Sequence record: PV231353.1
DNA: 64,000 nt
Strand: one strand, 5' to 3'
The position numbers and the translations under genes were made by a program. Under the pieces are notes generated by a model, which was not told the origin of the DNA, searched no databases, and saw only the letters and a program-made list of their open reading frames with translations. Below, one piece after another: positions 54,524 through 64,000 of the stretch (position 1 is the stretch's first letter; every line of letters begins with the position of its first letter).

Positions 54524-54916
54524 GTGGCGAACCAGTCCTACAAGCTGCACGACGTGATCATCGCCTACGTCAAGGCCAGCAACCCGGAACTCGGGCTGCT
54601 GACCGCCGCGCCGAACCCGGACGGCACTGGCGTGGTCGAGCCCAACAGCGTCTACGGCTACGGACGTCAGCCCATCACGTTCGGCACGACCGTGCGCATG
54701 ACCGGCGTCGACGCCGGCAAGTCCTCGATCTCCAACACCGTGCCGATCGTCTTCGGCCCGACCGTCACCGACGGCTGGCCGACGGTCACCCACTGGGGCG
54801 TGTTCGACGAGAACGGCGACCTGCTCGATTATGGCCCGCTGCCGGCGACCCGCACCCTGCCGGTCGGCGACTCGATCTCGTTCGGCGTGGGGGCGGTGCA
54901 ACTCCGCTACGCCTAA
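54524..54916 (+). CDS. tail/fibre-associated protein
   Basis: Y.RQ.ITF...SNT..I.F...W.TVTH..VFD..G.LL..G.L...GD...F. Confidence 0.75.
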   Translation: MANQSYKLHDVIIAYVKASNPELGLLTAAPNPDGTGVVEPNSVYGYGRQPITFGTTVRMTGVDAGKSSISNTVPIVFGPTVTDGWPTVTHWGVFDENGDLLDYGPLPATRTLPVGDSISFGVGAVQLRYA

Positions 54917-54919
54917 GCC

Positions 54920-56860
54920 ATGGCCCGCGTCTGGACCGCACGCGCTGGCGCCCTGGTCCGCTCCGAAGCGGTCCTGGTCTCCAATCTCCAGCAGGCGACC
55001 GAGTTCGTCGGCGAGATCGCGTTCGACGCCACCCTCAAGCCCTATTCGGGGCAGTCCTCCACCATCGTCGCCGAGTTCGGCCTCGATGGCGACTCGGTCT
55101 GGTGGCCGGGCTATCCGGTCGCGTTCGATCCGCCGTTCCTGATCATCGGCGAGTTCGGGCTGAGCCTGTCGAAGGGCGCCTCGTCGATCTTCCCGTTCGA
55201 GTTCGACCGGGGCATCGACGACAAGACCTCCCTGGTCCAGGCCCTGAACGACGCCGGCTACACGGGCGGCGGGGCGGCACGCCCTTCGATGACAGCTTCG
55301 ACATCGTCCTGAGCGACGGCGACGAGGATGTCTCGCAAGGCGCACTGGACCTCACCGGCCTGTCGGTCGGCGAGTCGATCGTCAATCTCGACGTCCTGCT
55401 CGGCAAGCTGATCCCGCCGATGCCGCCGGCCTTCCCGAACGGCACCCTGTCGATCAGCAACACCGCCGGCAACGACCCGCGACTGGCGAGCGGCTTCACC
55501 GACAACATCGGCTCGGGCCTGACGGCGGGGACCTCGGTAACCCGCATCACCGCCGCCGGCGTCTCGACCTTCGCCTTCAACGACGTCGGTCCGGGCAATG
55601 ACGGCGTCCTCCAGGCCCTGCTCAATGGCGCGGTCGCCGCCACCCGCACCCTGACCGGCGCCGACGAGGGCAACTATTCGGGTCTGGTGATCGCCGACCA
55701 GAAGGACTACCCGACCGACCGGCCGGGCTTCTGGAAGTCGATGGACGTCAGCCTCAACCTCCTGGCGGTCCCGGTCGGGGTCGACAAGATCAGGCTGAAC
55801 CATACGGCGGCGGGCCAGACCAACGAGGTAGTGTTCATCCGCGACACCCTGACGGCGGTCCCTACGGTGAGCGCCGGCAGCGTCGTCCAGGAAAACGCCG
55901 GCACCCTGGCCTATTCGTCGGGTGTGCCGCACTACGGCACCGGCGCGACCCTGACGGTGGGCCTGTCGTTCAACAACCTCGCGGGGAGACCTATTACGGC
56001 GGCACGGACCCGGTGACGATCTCCGGCTCCAACTCGATCATGTCGAACAAGACGCTGAGCTACGGCGCGATCGGGTTCACCACGCCGTTTGCGCGCAACA
56101 CCACCGCCGCCCAGGCGATCACCCCCAGTCGGTCGCCATCGACGGCACCAACGTCCACACCTCGGGCGTGATCCAGGGCACGGCGCGCAACGTCAACGGG
56201 GCCTCGGCCACGGCGACCCTGTCGTCGACGGTGATCCTGGTCAAGCGAGGCACGGCGACCGGCAAGCTCGACGAGCTTTCGATCCCGGTCACGGGCATGG
56301 GCTCCACCCCCAACGGCCTCAACGCCATCCGGGTGGGCCTGGGCGCGGGCGACACCCCGGCCGGCACGCCTCAGTCCTGGGATCAGACGGCGGCGCTCGC
56401 CTCGCATGAAGCGGCGGTCGTCGCCGGCATCATGGGGCACAACCAGAACAACTACGCCACCGGCTACCTCCCGGTGGGTCCCAACCTCTCGGTGGGCCGC
56501 ACCGGGGCGCAGTACGTCACCCTGTCGTTCAAGCGCGCCTCGCGTTCGACGTTCCGGATCGCCATCACCGGGTCCTACGCGGGCTGCTGGATCAAGCTGC
56601 CGGGCGTCTCGGACGTCCAGCCCAACGCCCCGAACGGCTGGTGGAACGGCTTCCAGGCCTATGACGGCGCCGGCATCCCCGGCGAGGCCGGCGACCCGAA
56701 CGCCGGCTGCGCGCTCGGCGCGGTCATGACCGGAGCCTCCGGGACGTTTCAGATGACCTTCGGTACGGAGTCCTCGACCAACGCGACCAACAACGAAATC
56801 CTGGTCCGCTTGAAGTTCAACGCGGGCCAGAGCCTCACGGCTCTGTCGTTCACGAGCTAA
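54920..56860 (+). CDS. virion structural protein (three apparent frameshifts near 55270, 55985, 56125)
   Basis: ORFs 54920-55312, 55102-56016 and 56168-56860 join into one beta-rich protein. Confidence 0.7.
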
Positions 56861-56869
56861 GGGGCGGCC

Positions 56870-57568
56870 ATGGCGATCAACAGCACTGAACTCGTCGACC
56901 GGCTGATCAAGCTGGTCGCCTTCGAGGTCACCAAGACCGGCAAGGCCTCCGACAAGACCGGCTCCAACGAGTCGATCCCCTCGCCGACCGTGGTGTTCCC
57001 CGAGAACATCTGGAACGAGAAGGCGCTGCTGCCGGCGACGCCGCCGACGGCCGACACCGCCCAGGTCAAGGTCTATTCAGGCGCCACCCGCATCCGGGCG
57101 ACCGCCGATCCGACCGCCCAGCCCAACGAAACGTGGCTGGCGACTTCGACCTACGGGACGCCGTCGACGCGGCTGACCAACTTCATCGCTCCCTCGGTGG
57201 GCGGCTCGGGCTACGCGGCCCGCGTCTTCATCGGGGACCCCAACACTGGCCCGGCGGCCCGTATCTTCCCCGACACCACGGGCGAGGAATGGACCTTCGA
57301 CTATATCGCCGGCGTCCTCAACTTCCCGACCGCCGTGCCGGGCTCCAAGACCGCCACGATCGGCACGGGGTCCGTCAGCATCGCGGCCAACGGCATCTAT
57401 CTCGAACTCTACCGCTACATCGGGGCCACCGGCGGCGGCGGAGGCGGGGTCGACCCCGGCAGTCTCGGCACCATGGCCTACCAGGACGCCGACGCAGTCG
57501 ACATCACCGGAGGCGACATCAGCAACGTCGTCTTCACCAACGTCACCATCGACGGTGGAACCTTCTAA
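56870..57568 (+). CDS. virion structural protein
   Basis: W.FDY.AGVL.F...YRY.G; C-terminal LGTMA.Q.A..V.ITGG.I fibre-type motif. Confidence 0.75.
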   Translation: MAINSTELVDRLIKLVAFEVTKTGKASDKTGSNESIPSPTVVFPENIWNEKALLPATPPTADTAQVKVYSGATRIRATADPTAQPNETWLATSTYGTPSTRLTNFIAPSVGGSGYAARVFIGDPNTGPAARIFPDTTGEEWTFDYIAGVLNFPTAVPGSKTATIGTGSVSIAANGIYLELYRYIGATGGGGGGVDPGSLGTMAYQDADAVDITGGDISNVVFTNVTIDGGTF

Positions 57569-57587
57569 CCCCCAGGAGCCCTGAACC

Positions 57588-58004
57588 ATGGCCTCTCTCG
57601 TCTATAACTCCATGCTGCACGATCTGGTCAACGGCGACATCGCCTTTGACACCGACACCTTCAAGGTGATGCTGGTGACCTCGGCCTACACGCCGAACAA
57701 GGACACCCACACCCGCAAGAACCAAGTCACCAACGAGGTGACGGGCGCGGGCTACACCGCTGGCGGACAGAACTCGGCCGTGACCATCACGCCCGACACC
57801 GCCAACGACCGCGAGGACCTGTCCTTCGCCACGGTCACCTGGACCAGCGCCACCATCACCGCCCGCGCGGCCGTGATCTACAAGGACACCGGCACGGCCG
57901 CGACCTCGCCGCTGATCGCCTATGTCGACTTCGGCACGGACGTGTCGTCGACCAACGCGAACTTCGCCGTGTCGTTCTCGTCGCCGCTGCGCTTCCAGAA
58001 CTAA
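57588..58004 (+). CDS. tail-associated structural protein
   Basis: DTDTFKVML...Y...GY..GG...TWT..TITAR.AVIY...LIAY.DFG. Confidence 0.8.
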   Translation: MASLVYNSMLHDLVNGDIAFDTDTFKVMLVTSAYTPNKDTHTRKNQVTNEVTGAGYTAGGQNSAVTITPDTANDREDLSFATVTWTSATITARAAVIYKDTGTAATSPLIAYVDFGTDVSSTNANFAVSFSSPLRFQN

Positions 58005-58077
58005 GCCCTAAGTCACGATCCTCTGAGATCGTGACTTAGTCCGCCTCCTCGTCTCCGCCGCCTCAAGGGTCTTCGCG

Positions 58078-61000
58078 TTGGTCGATATCGTCGCCGGCAC
58101 GCCTGTGTCCGTCTCCTATTCGGGGGCGTCGACGACCTATGTCGCGGCGGAAACGGGCCAGATGACCGTCCACCTGTGGGGCGGCGCGGGCGCGGGCGGC
58201 TACTATTCCAACGGCGCGGGCGCCGCCAACAAGTACGGCGGCGCGGGCGGCTACGCCACGCTCTCCTTCCTGGTCAAGCAAGGCGATGTCCTGACGATCG
58301 AGGTCGGCCAGGGCGGGCAGGTCGCCACGGGCTCGGGCACCACGGCGACGGCGGGCGGCGCGGGCGGCTGGCCCGATGGTGGCTATGGCGGCAAGTCGAC
58401 CAACGCCTATATCGGCTTTGGCGGCGGCGGCGGCTCGACCCGCCTCTACCGCAACGGCGAACTGATCGGAGTCGCGGGCGGCGGCGGCGGCGCGACCGGT
58501 CTCTATAACGGCGGCAATGGCGGCGGTGTTGCCGGCTTGGCCTCGGCCGACGCCAACTCCGGCGCGGGCGGCACCCAGAGCGCGGGGGGCACGGCGGGTA
58601 CGGGCACCCTGGCGATCCAGACCGGCCTTGGGTTCCAAGGCGGTCGCGGCGGCACGACCGCCTCGACCGCCCATGCCTATGCTGGCGGCGGCGGCGGCGG
58701 CGGCCTTTACGGCGGGGCCTCCAACGGCGGCGGCTCGCTGGGCGGCGGCTCGGGCGGCGGCGGCTCGGGCTACATCAACCAGAACCTCCTCTACACCGGA
58801 CGCCTCCAGGCGGCGCGGGCTGATACGAACGGCGTGCCGTTCGATGTCGCCGGCATCCGTCCTGCCGGGGTCGCCGAGGGCGGCACGGGACCGACGGTCG
58901 CGAGCACCGGCTGGGGCTCGATCACGCCGGGCGGTGACGGTTTCGCCTATCTGTCCCTGACCTCCGTGGCTTCGGCGACGGCCTTCCCGACCTCGGGCAC
59001 GACCACGCTCGCCTATAGCGGCGCGCGGCAGGTCTACACCGTCACCCAGCTTTCCACGGTCGACATCGAGATGTGGGGCGCGGGTGGTGGCGGCGGCTTC
59101 TACACCACCGGCGGCGCTTCGCCGCGCTACGGCGGCGCGGGCGGCTATACCAAGTTCACCAAGGTCTTGTTCCCCGGTGATCTCGTCGAGATCGAGGTGG
59201 GTCAGGGCGGGCAGGCCCCGGACGGGGTTGGCGGCAATATCGGCGGCGCGGGCGGCTGGCCCAATGGCGGGGACGCGGGACGTCCGTCCGCTAACGTCAA
59301 TGCCTATATGGGCGGCGGCGGCGGCTCGACCAACATCTACGTCAACGGGCGGCTGCTGGGCGTGGCCTCGGGCGGCGGCGGCGGGACCGGCTTCCTGAAC
59401 GGCGGCAACGGCGGTGGCAAGTGGGGCCTCGCCGACGCCAATGGCGCGTCCGGCACGGCCGCCACCTGGGCGCGGGACAACAGCACCAGCACGGGTCTGG
59501 CGCGTGGCTTCCTGCTGCGCGGCGGCCACGGCTCGCCGAACGAAACCCGTGACATCGCCCACGCCAATGCGGGCGCGGGCGGCGGCGGCGGTTACTGGGG
59601 CGGCGGCGGCGCGCGGGGCAGTGTCGGCGGCGGCGGCGGCGGCTGCGGCTACATCAACGGCGACCTGACCTGGAATCGCGATTATCAGTGGGGCACCCAA
59701 GGCACCGGCCAGCCTTACACCGGCGGCGCCTATGCGTCTGGCGTGGGCGTGGGGGGCACGTGCGGCACCAGCGCCGGCACCACGACCAATGGCGGCGACG
59801 GCCAGATCGTCTTCACCGTCACGGCCGCCAGCACCACGACCCTGCCGTCCGACAAGAACGCCCTTACCTATAGTGGCGTGGTCCAGCACTATGTCGTCCC
59901 GGCCGCTGGCGTCATCGATCTGAAGATGTGGGGCTCGGGCGGCGGCTCGGCGGTGCGTTCCACTGGCACGCCAGCGCGGGGCGGCGGTGGCGGCTGCACG
60001 CAGGTCCCCTTCATCCCGATCAAGCCGGGCGATATCGTCACGTTCGCCGTGGGGCAAGGCGGCCGAGGCGCGGTCGACGCCAACTCCATCTCGCCCGGCG
60101 GCTGGCCCAACGGGGGCTATTCGGGTCCGTCGGCCTCGGCCGGCGGCGGCGGCGCCAGCCTGTGCTACCTCAATGGCGAACTGGTCGCGGTCGCCGGCTC
60201 GGGCGCGGGCGCGGGCATCTCCAACGGCGGGTTCGCCGGCGGCGCGGCCTCGTGCGATCCCGGCTACGCCAACTTCACCTCCCACGGGGGCACCCAGACC
60301 ACGGCGGGCTGGTGCCCCACGCGCGTCCTCGAAGGCACCACCTACGGCACCTACATGCTGGGCGGCGATGGCCAGATCGACGGCGTCGCTCCCGACAACG
60401 TCAACGTCAATACCGGCGGCGGCGGCGGCGGCGGCTACTATGGCGGCGGCGGCAACGCCACCAACTCCAGCCGCTATTGGGGCGGCGGTGGCGGCTCGGG
60501 CTACATCAACCCGAAGTTCGCCGGCGCCATCACCGGCTCGACCAGCGTCAACGCCGCCAACAACACCGATCCCGACTATGTCGCGGGCGTCGGCGTCGCG
60601 GGCGTCGGCTCGACGACCTATAACAACCCCGTCACCAATGGCGGCGATGGCCGGATCGTCTTCACCTATGATATCCCGCCCAATCTGGTCGAAAGCCTGA
60701 CCACGGCGGTGCCGGTCGACGGTACGGTCAAGACCTATATCGTTGGCGCCGACGGCGATCTTGTCCTCGATCTGTGGGGCGGCGGCGGCGGCGCCGCCAC
60801 CATGTTGGCCGGCGGTGGCAGCGAACGTGGTGGTGGCGGCGGCTATGTCGGCGGTACCTACCCGGTCACCGCCGGGCAGGTCATCCGGTTCTATAATGGT
60901 CGCGGCGGCGGCGGTGGGGTCTATACCAGCGGCACGGCCACGACCCTGGTCGGGACGGGTGGTCCTGGCGGCTGGCCCGACGGTGGTCCTGGCGGTTATT

Positions 61001-64000
61001 ACGCTGGTGCGGTGAGCCCGGCTCAGAACGGCATCCTGGCGGGCGCTGGCGGTGGCTCGTCGCGGGTCTATGTCGACGATCAACTGATCCTGGTGGCTGG
61101 TGGTGGAGGCGGCGGCGGTGACGGGGGGACTACCCGCACGCCGGGCGGCGGCGGCGGCCTGACGGGTGGAGATTCCGATGCGCCGTCGGGGCGTAACTTT
61201 GGCGCCACGCAAATTAGAGGGGGCTATAATAGTAACCGACCGACTGATCAAACGTCGTCTGGTGGGCTGCTGCGTGGCGGCTCGGGCTTTGCTACTGGTG
61301 CTTCGAATAGCACCAGCAGCGCCTCGGCAGGCGGTGGCGGCGGCGGCGGCCTGTTTGGTGGCGCTGGTTCTGGTAACTCGGTCATCTTCATTGGCGGCTC
61401 TGGCGGCTCGGCCTTCATCTACGACGGTCTGACGGTCGCGAAGAGCGATCCTTTCCGCGCCGAGGTCATCGCCCAGATGACCTTTGAAAGCGGCGGGGTC
61501 ATTGACGATGGCCGGCTCCGTGAAATCTTGCCGGTCGATACTGCACCGACGGCTGTCACCACTTCGCCCAAGTACGGTACCTATTGTGGCAACTACCCCG
61601 GTAGCGGCCATACTACCATGTTCGTGCCGGCCTTCGGCTTGCAGAATTTCACGATCGAAGCTTGGTTCAACCCACCCTCGCTGAGCAATGGCGTGCTGTT
61701 CGCCTACGGCAACGGTGGTGTCGGCGGGTTTACGCTGCACTATGCGGGCACGACGCTCTACCTGCGTCACAATGGTGACGCGGCGACCGATGTGACCTGG
61801 GCCGACACGGGGCGCACCGCCAACGTCTGGGCGCACTATGCTGTCGTGCGCGACATGGCGGGCACCCGCGTCTACAAGGATGGCCGGCTGGTCATTACCT
61901 ATGTCAACTCGATCGGCACGAGCTTCACCGCCACCCAACTGACCCTGGCCAACTACACCGGGGCTGCGGGCGCCAGCACGCGCTTCACCGGTCGGATCGA
62001 CGAGTTCCGCGCCACCCTCGGCGCGGCGCGTTATGTCAAGCCGTTCACCCCGGCGTCGTTCGCGGCGACGTCCCCGGCGGTTCCGACGTTGACGTCCACC
62101 GTCCAGGCCCCGCAGGGCTCGTCGGGTAACGCAGCCAACAACACCGCTACGAATTATATCGCCGGACGCGGCGTCGGCGCCCAGACGCGTCTCACGGCGG
62201 GCACCGCTCCGTCGGGCGGCGACGGTCAGATCAGTTATTTCATCGCCACCTCCACGGTCTCGGCGTCCGGGCCGATCGGCACGGTCACGGTCTCGGGCCT
62301 GACCGACGCCGCCGCCGGCGCCTTCTACCCCCTCCCGCCCGTGGGCTCGGTCGTCGTCGAGCCCTATACGGGCGCGCGCGTCAACTACGAGGTCACCGAG
62401 CCCGGCGGCGCGCGGATCAAGGTCGAGATGTGGGGCGGCGGCGGCGGCGGCAGTTCGGCCAATAACACCCTGACCACCAACGGCGGCGGCGGCGGCGGGT
62501 ACACCGTCATCGAACTCGATCTCGTCCAGGGCGACCGGATCACCGTCCAGACGCCGTCGGGCGGCGCGGGCGGCGTCAACGCCGGCAGTGGTTCGGCGAT
62601 CAACCTCGGCGGCTACCCCGACGGCGGCGATGGTTATCGTCCGGCCCTCACGGCGCTCAACTGCGGCGGCGGCGGCTCGGCGCGCCTGTGGGCGCAAGGC
62701 AATCTGGCGGCGGTCGCCGGCGGCGGCGGCGGCGCGGCCTATGGCGGCGGCGGCTATGACTTCCCTGGCGGCGCGGGCGGCGGCAACCTCGGCGGCCCTG
62801 GCGCCTATGACGGCGTCAACGCCACCTTCCCCAATGGCGGCGGCACCCAGATCGCCGGCGGCGTCGGCACGGCCAATGGCTTCAACGGTGCCTCGCTGCA
62901 AGGCGGGCATGGCGGTGTCGTTTCGGGCGTCGCCAACAACGGCTGCGGCGGCGGCGGAGGTTATTACGGCGGCGGCGGCGGCGGCGCCTACAAATCTGGC
63001 GGCGGCGGCTCGGGCTACGTCAACACCGGCCTGCCGGGCTACCGCACGGGCTCGACCACGGGTGGCTCTGGCAACCTGCCGGCCGGCATGTCCTCGCCCA
63101 ACTATGTCTCGGGCATCGGCGTCGGCTCGAACGGCAAGGGCGGGGCGTTCACCAACGGCGGCAACGGCCGTATCGTCATCTCGGTCATCACCCCGACCCC
63201 CGGCAATGCCTCAGGTACGATCGGCACTGTTGACGTCTCGGGCCTGGACAACTTCGGCCTGCTGATTGGTGTCCCGACGGGTGACATCGGGACGATCGAT
63301 GTCGTCGTTCCGGTGGGGCAGTCGGGCCAGCCGGGCTTTGCCGAAGGTCCGCTGACCACCATTGGCGTGGGTCCGCCGGAAACGATTCCCCAGGCCCAGG
63401 CCGTCGTCATCGTTCCGATCAACGATCAGACCTCGATCCTGATCGAGCCGCCGATCAACGCGCCGCTGGAGGTTCCTGGCGAGGGCATTGGCGAGCTTCC
63501 GACGATCGTCGTCACGGGATTTGAGTCCAGCCTCGAAGCGGGCGCGACTTTCGACGCCACCGATCTCGGGACGATCCTCCTCGTCGCTCCTGAGGCCGAT
63601 GCGGTCGAGATTCCGCCGGTCGAAACCAGCGGCGCCATCGGCACGGTCATCGTCACCGCGCCCGAGGCGTCGACCCAGGTCATTCCGCCGGTGGAGACCA
63701 GCGGCGACATCGGCACCATCACCGTTGTGACGGTGACGGGCGCGGCGTCGTGGAACAACGATGTCTCGACCAGCGGCGACATCGGCACGATCGTCGTCAC
63801 CTCGCCGGAGGCCGATGCCGTTGGCGACGATCTGGCCACGGGGGACCTCGGCACGATCATCGTGACCGCGCCCGAAGGCGTCGCACATCAGGACGCCAAT
63901 GTTTCGAGTGACATCGGCACCATCTCGGTCTATCCGATCGAGGGTGGCCAGCCTGCCGACGTGGTCGGTGATGTTCCTTATATTCAGGTCGTCACGCCGG
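58078..64000 (+). CDS. giant glycine-rich fibre/adhesin protein (partial, >1,970 aa)
   Basis: TTG 58078; five (L/M)WG.GGGG Gly-rich domains, a LamG/ConA-like domain (about 61500-62040), C-terminal GDIGTIxVxxPE repeats; absent from the track because it runs off the window. Confidence 0.85.
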   Translation, partial: MVDIVAGTPVSVSYSGASTTYVAAETGQMTVHLWGGAGAGGYYSNGAGAANKYGGAGGYATLSFLVKQGDVLTIEVGQGGQVATGSGTTATAGGAGGWPDGGYGGKSTNAYIGFGGGGGSTRLYRNGELIGVAGGGGGATGLYNGGNGGGVAGLASADANSGAGGTQSAGGTAGTGTLAIQTGLGFQGGRGGTTASTAHAYAGGGGGGGLYGGASNGGGSLGGGSGGGGSGYINQNLLYTGRLQAARADTNGVPFDVAGIRPAGVAEGGTGPTVASTGWGSITPGGDGFAYLSLTSVASATAFPTSGTTTLAYSGARQVYTVTQLSTVDIEMWGAGGGGGFYTTGGASPRYGGAGGYTKFTKVLFPGDLVEIEVGQGGQAPDGVGGNIGGAGGWPNGGDAGRPSANVNAYMGGGGGSTNIYVNGRLLGVASGGGGGTGFLNGGNGGGKWGLADANGASGTAATWARDNSTSTGLARGFLLRGGHGSPNETRDIAHANAGAGGGGGYWGGGGARGSVGGGGGGCGYINGDLTWNRDYQWGTQGTGQPYTGGAYASGVGVGGTCGTSAGTTTNGGDGQIVFTVTAASTTTLPSDKNALTYSGVVQHYVVPAAGVIDLKMWGSGGGSAVRSTGTPARGGGGGCTQVPFIPIKPGDIVTFAVGQGGRGAVDANSISPGGWPNGGYSGPSASAGGGGASLCYLNGELVAVAGSGAGAGISNGGFAGGAASCDPGYANFTSHGGTQTTAGWCPTRVLEGTTYGTYMLGGDGQIDGVAPDNVNVNTGGGGGGGYYGGGGNATNSSRYWGGGGGSGYINPKFAGAITGSTSVNAANNTDPDYVAGVGVAGVGSTTYNNPVTNGGDGRIVFTYDIPPNLVESLTTAVPVDGTVKTYIVGADGDLVLDLWGGGGGAATMLAGGGSERGGGGGYVGGTYPVTAGQVIRFYNGRGGGGGVYTSGTATTLVGTGGPGGWPDGGPGGYYAGAVSPAQNGILAGAGGGSSRVYVDDQLILVAGGGGGGGDGGTTRTPGGGGGLTGGDSDAPSGRNFGATQIRGGYNSNRPTDQTSSGGLLRGGSGFATGASNSTSSASAGGGGGGGLFGGAGSGNSVIFIGGSGGSAFIYDGLTVAKSDPFRAEVIAQMTFESGGVIDDGRLREILPVDTAPTAVTTSPKYGTYCGNYPGSGHTTMFVPAFGLQNFTIEAWFNPPSLSNGVLFAYGNGGVGGFTLHYAGTTLYLRHNGDAATDVTWADTGRTANVWAHYAVVRDMAGTRVYKDGRLVITYVNSIGTSFTATQLTLANYTGAAGASTRFTGRIDEFRATLGAARYVKPFTPASFAATSPAVPTLTSTVQAPQGSSGNAANNTATNYIAGRGVGAQTRLTAGTAPSGGDGQISYFIATSTVSASGPIGTVTVSGLTDAAAGAFYPLPPVGSVVVEPYTGARVNYEVTEPGGARIKVEMWGGGGGGSSANNTLTTNGGGGGGYTVIELDLVQGDRITVQTPSGGAGGVNAGSGSAINLGGYPDGGDGYRPALTALNCGGGGSARLWAQGNLAAVAGGGGGAAYGGGGYDFPGGAGGGNLGGPGAYDGVNATFPNGGGTQIAGGVGTANGFNGASLQGGHGGVVSGVANNGCGGGGGYYGGGGGGAYKSGGGGSGYVNTGLPGYRTGSTTGGSGNLPAGMSSPNYVSGIGVGSNGKGGAFTNGGNGRIVISVITPTPGNASGTIGTVDVSGLDNFGLLIGVPTGDIGTIDVVVPVGQSGQPGFAEGPLTTIGVGPPETIPQAQAVVIVPINDQTSILIEPPINAPLEVPGEGIGELPTIVVTGFESSLEAGATFDATDLGTILLVAPEADAVEIPPVETSGAIGTVIVTAPEASTQVIPPVETSGDIGTITVVTVTGAASWNNDVSTSGDIGTIVVTSPEADAVGDDLATGDLGTIIVTAPEGVAHQDANVSSDIGTISVYPIEGGQPADVVGDVPYIQVVTP

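Noticed and set aside
58078-64000. Diversity-generating retroelement or invertible fibre cassette
   Set aside because: No reverse transcriptase, template/variable repeat pair, invertase or inverted crossover sites visible in this window

Overview
The window is part of a large, GC-rich, phiCbK-like Caulobacter siphophage genome (identity inferred from recognisable portal, capsid, terminase and fibre proteins and from pervasive CtrA-type boxes; not confirmed by a search). It reads as a circularly permuted segment, almost all on the + strand. In order: about 30 small accessory genes (1-12.8 kb); a wHTH protein and a very AT-rich origin-like tract (13-14.6 kb); a RuvC-like resolvase, TerS and an intein-containing TerL (14.8-20.7 kb); a ~10 kb block with distinct codon usage that probably is the long terminal repeat/early region, with nearly every gene behind its own CtrA-box promoter (about 21.7-31.8 kb); more small genes, including a MazG-like protein and a minus-strand transglutaminase-like Cys protease (32-39.7 kb); portal (40.1-42 kb); a nucleotide-hydrolase cluster (46-51 kb); scaffold, major and minor capsid, tail-associated genes and a >1,970-aa glycine-rich fibre running off the right end. 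No tRNA, rRNA, CRISPR array or integrase was seen. About 20 genes have single-base indels, mostly in short runs, which I treat as sequence error. The strongest unexplained signals are non-coding: (1) a covarying hairpin with an invariant (A)AUCCC loop at the 5' end of nine early transcripts; (2) two leftward CtrA-type promoters firing into ORF-less DNA that shares a 54-nt core; (3) a ~170-nt minus-strand RNA carrying a 3-codon minigene; (4) a fixed-spacing GTCAY-N14-RTGAY palindrome family and an ATGTCGTGAATC-TTGACA late-promoter motif; (5) a 24-bp-period GGGGACCCT array beside the putative terminal repeat. TerL also carries a Pro-initiated class-3-type intein lacking two of the three WCT signature residues.
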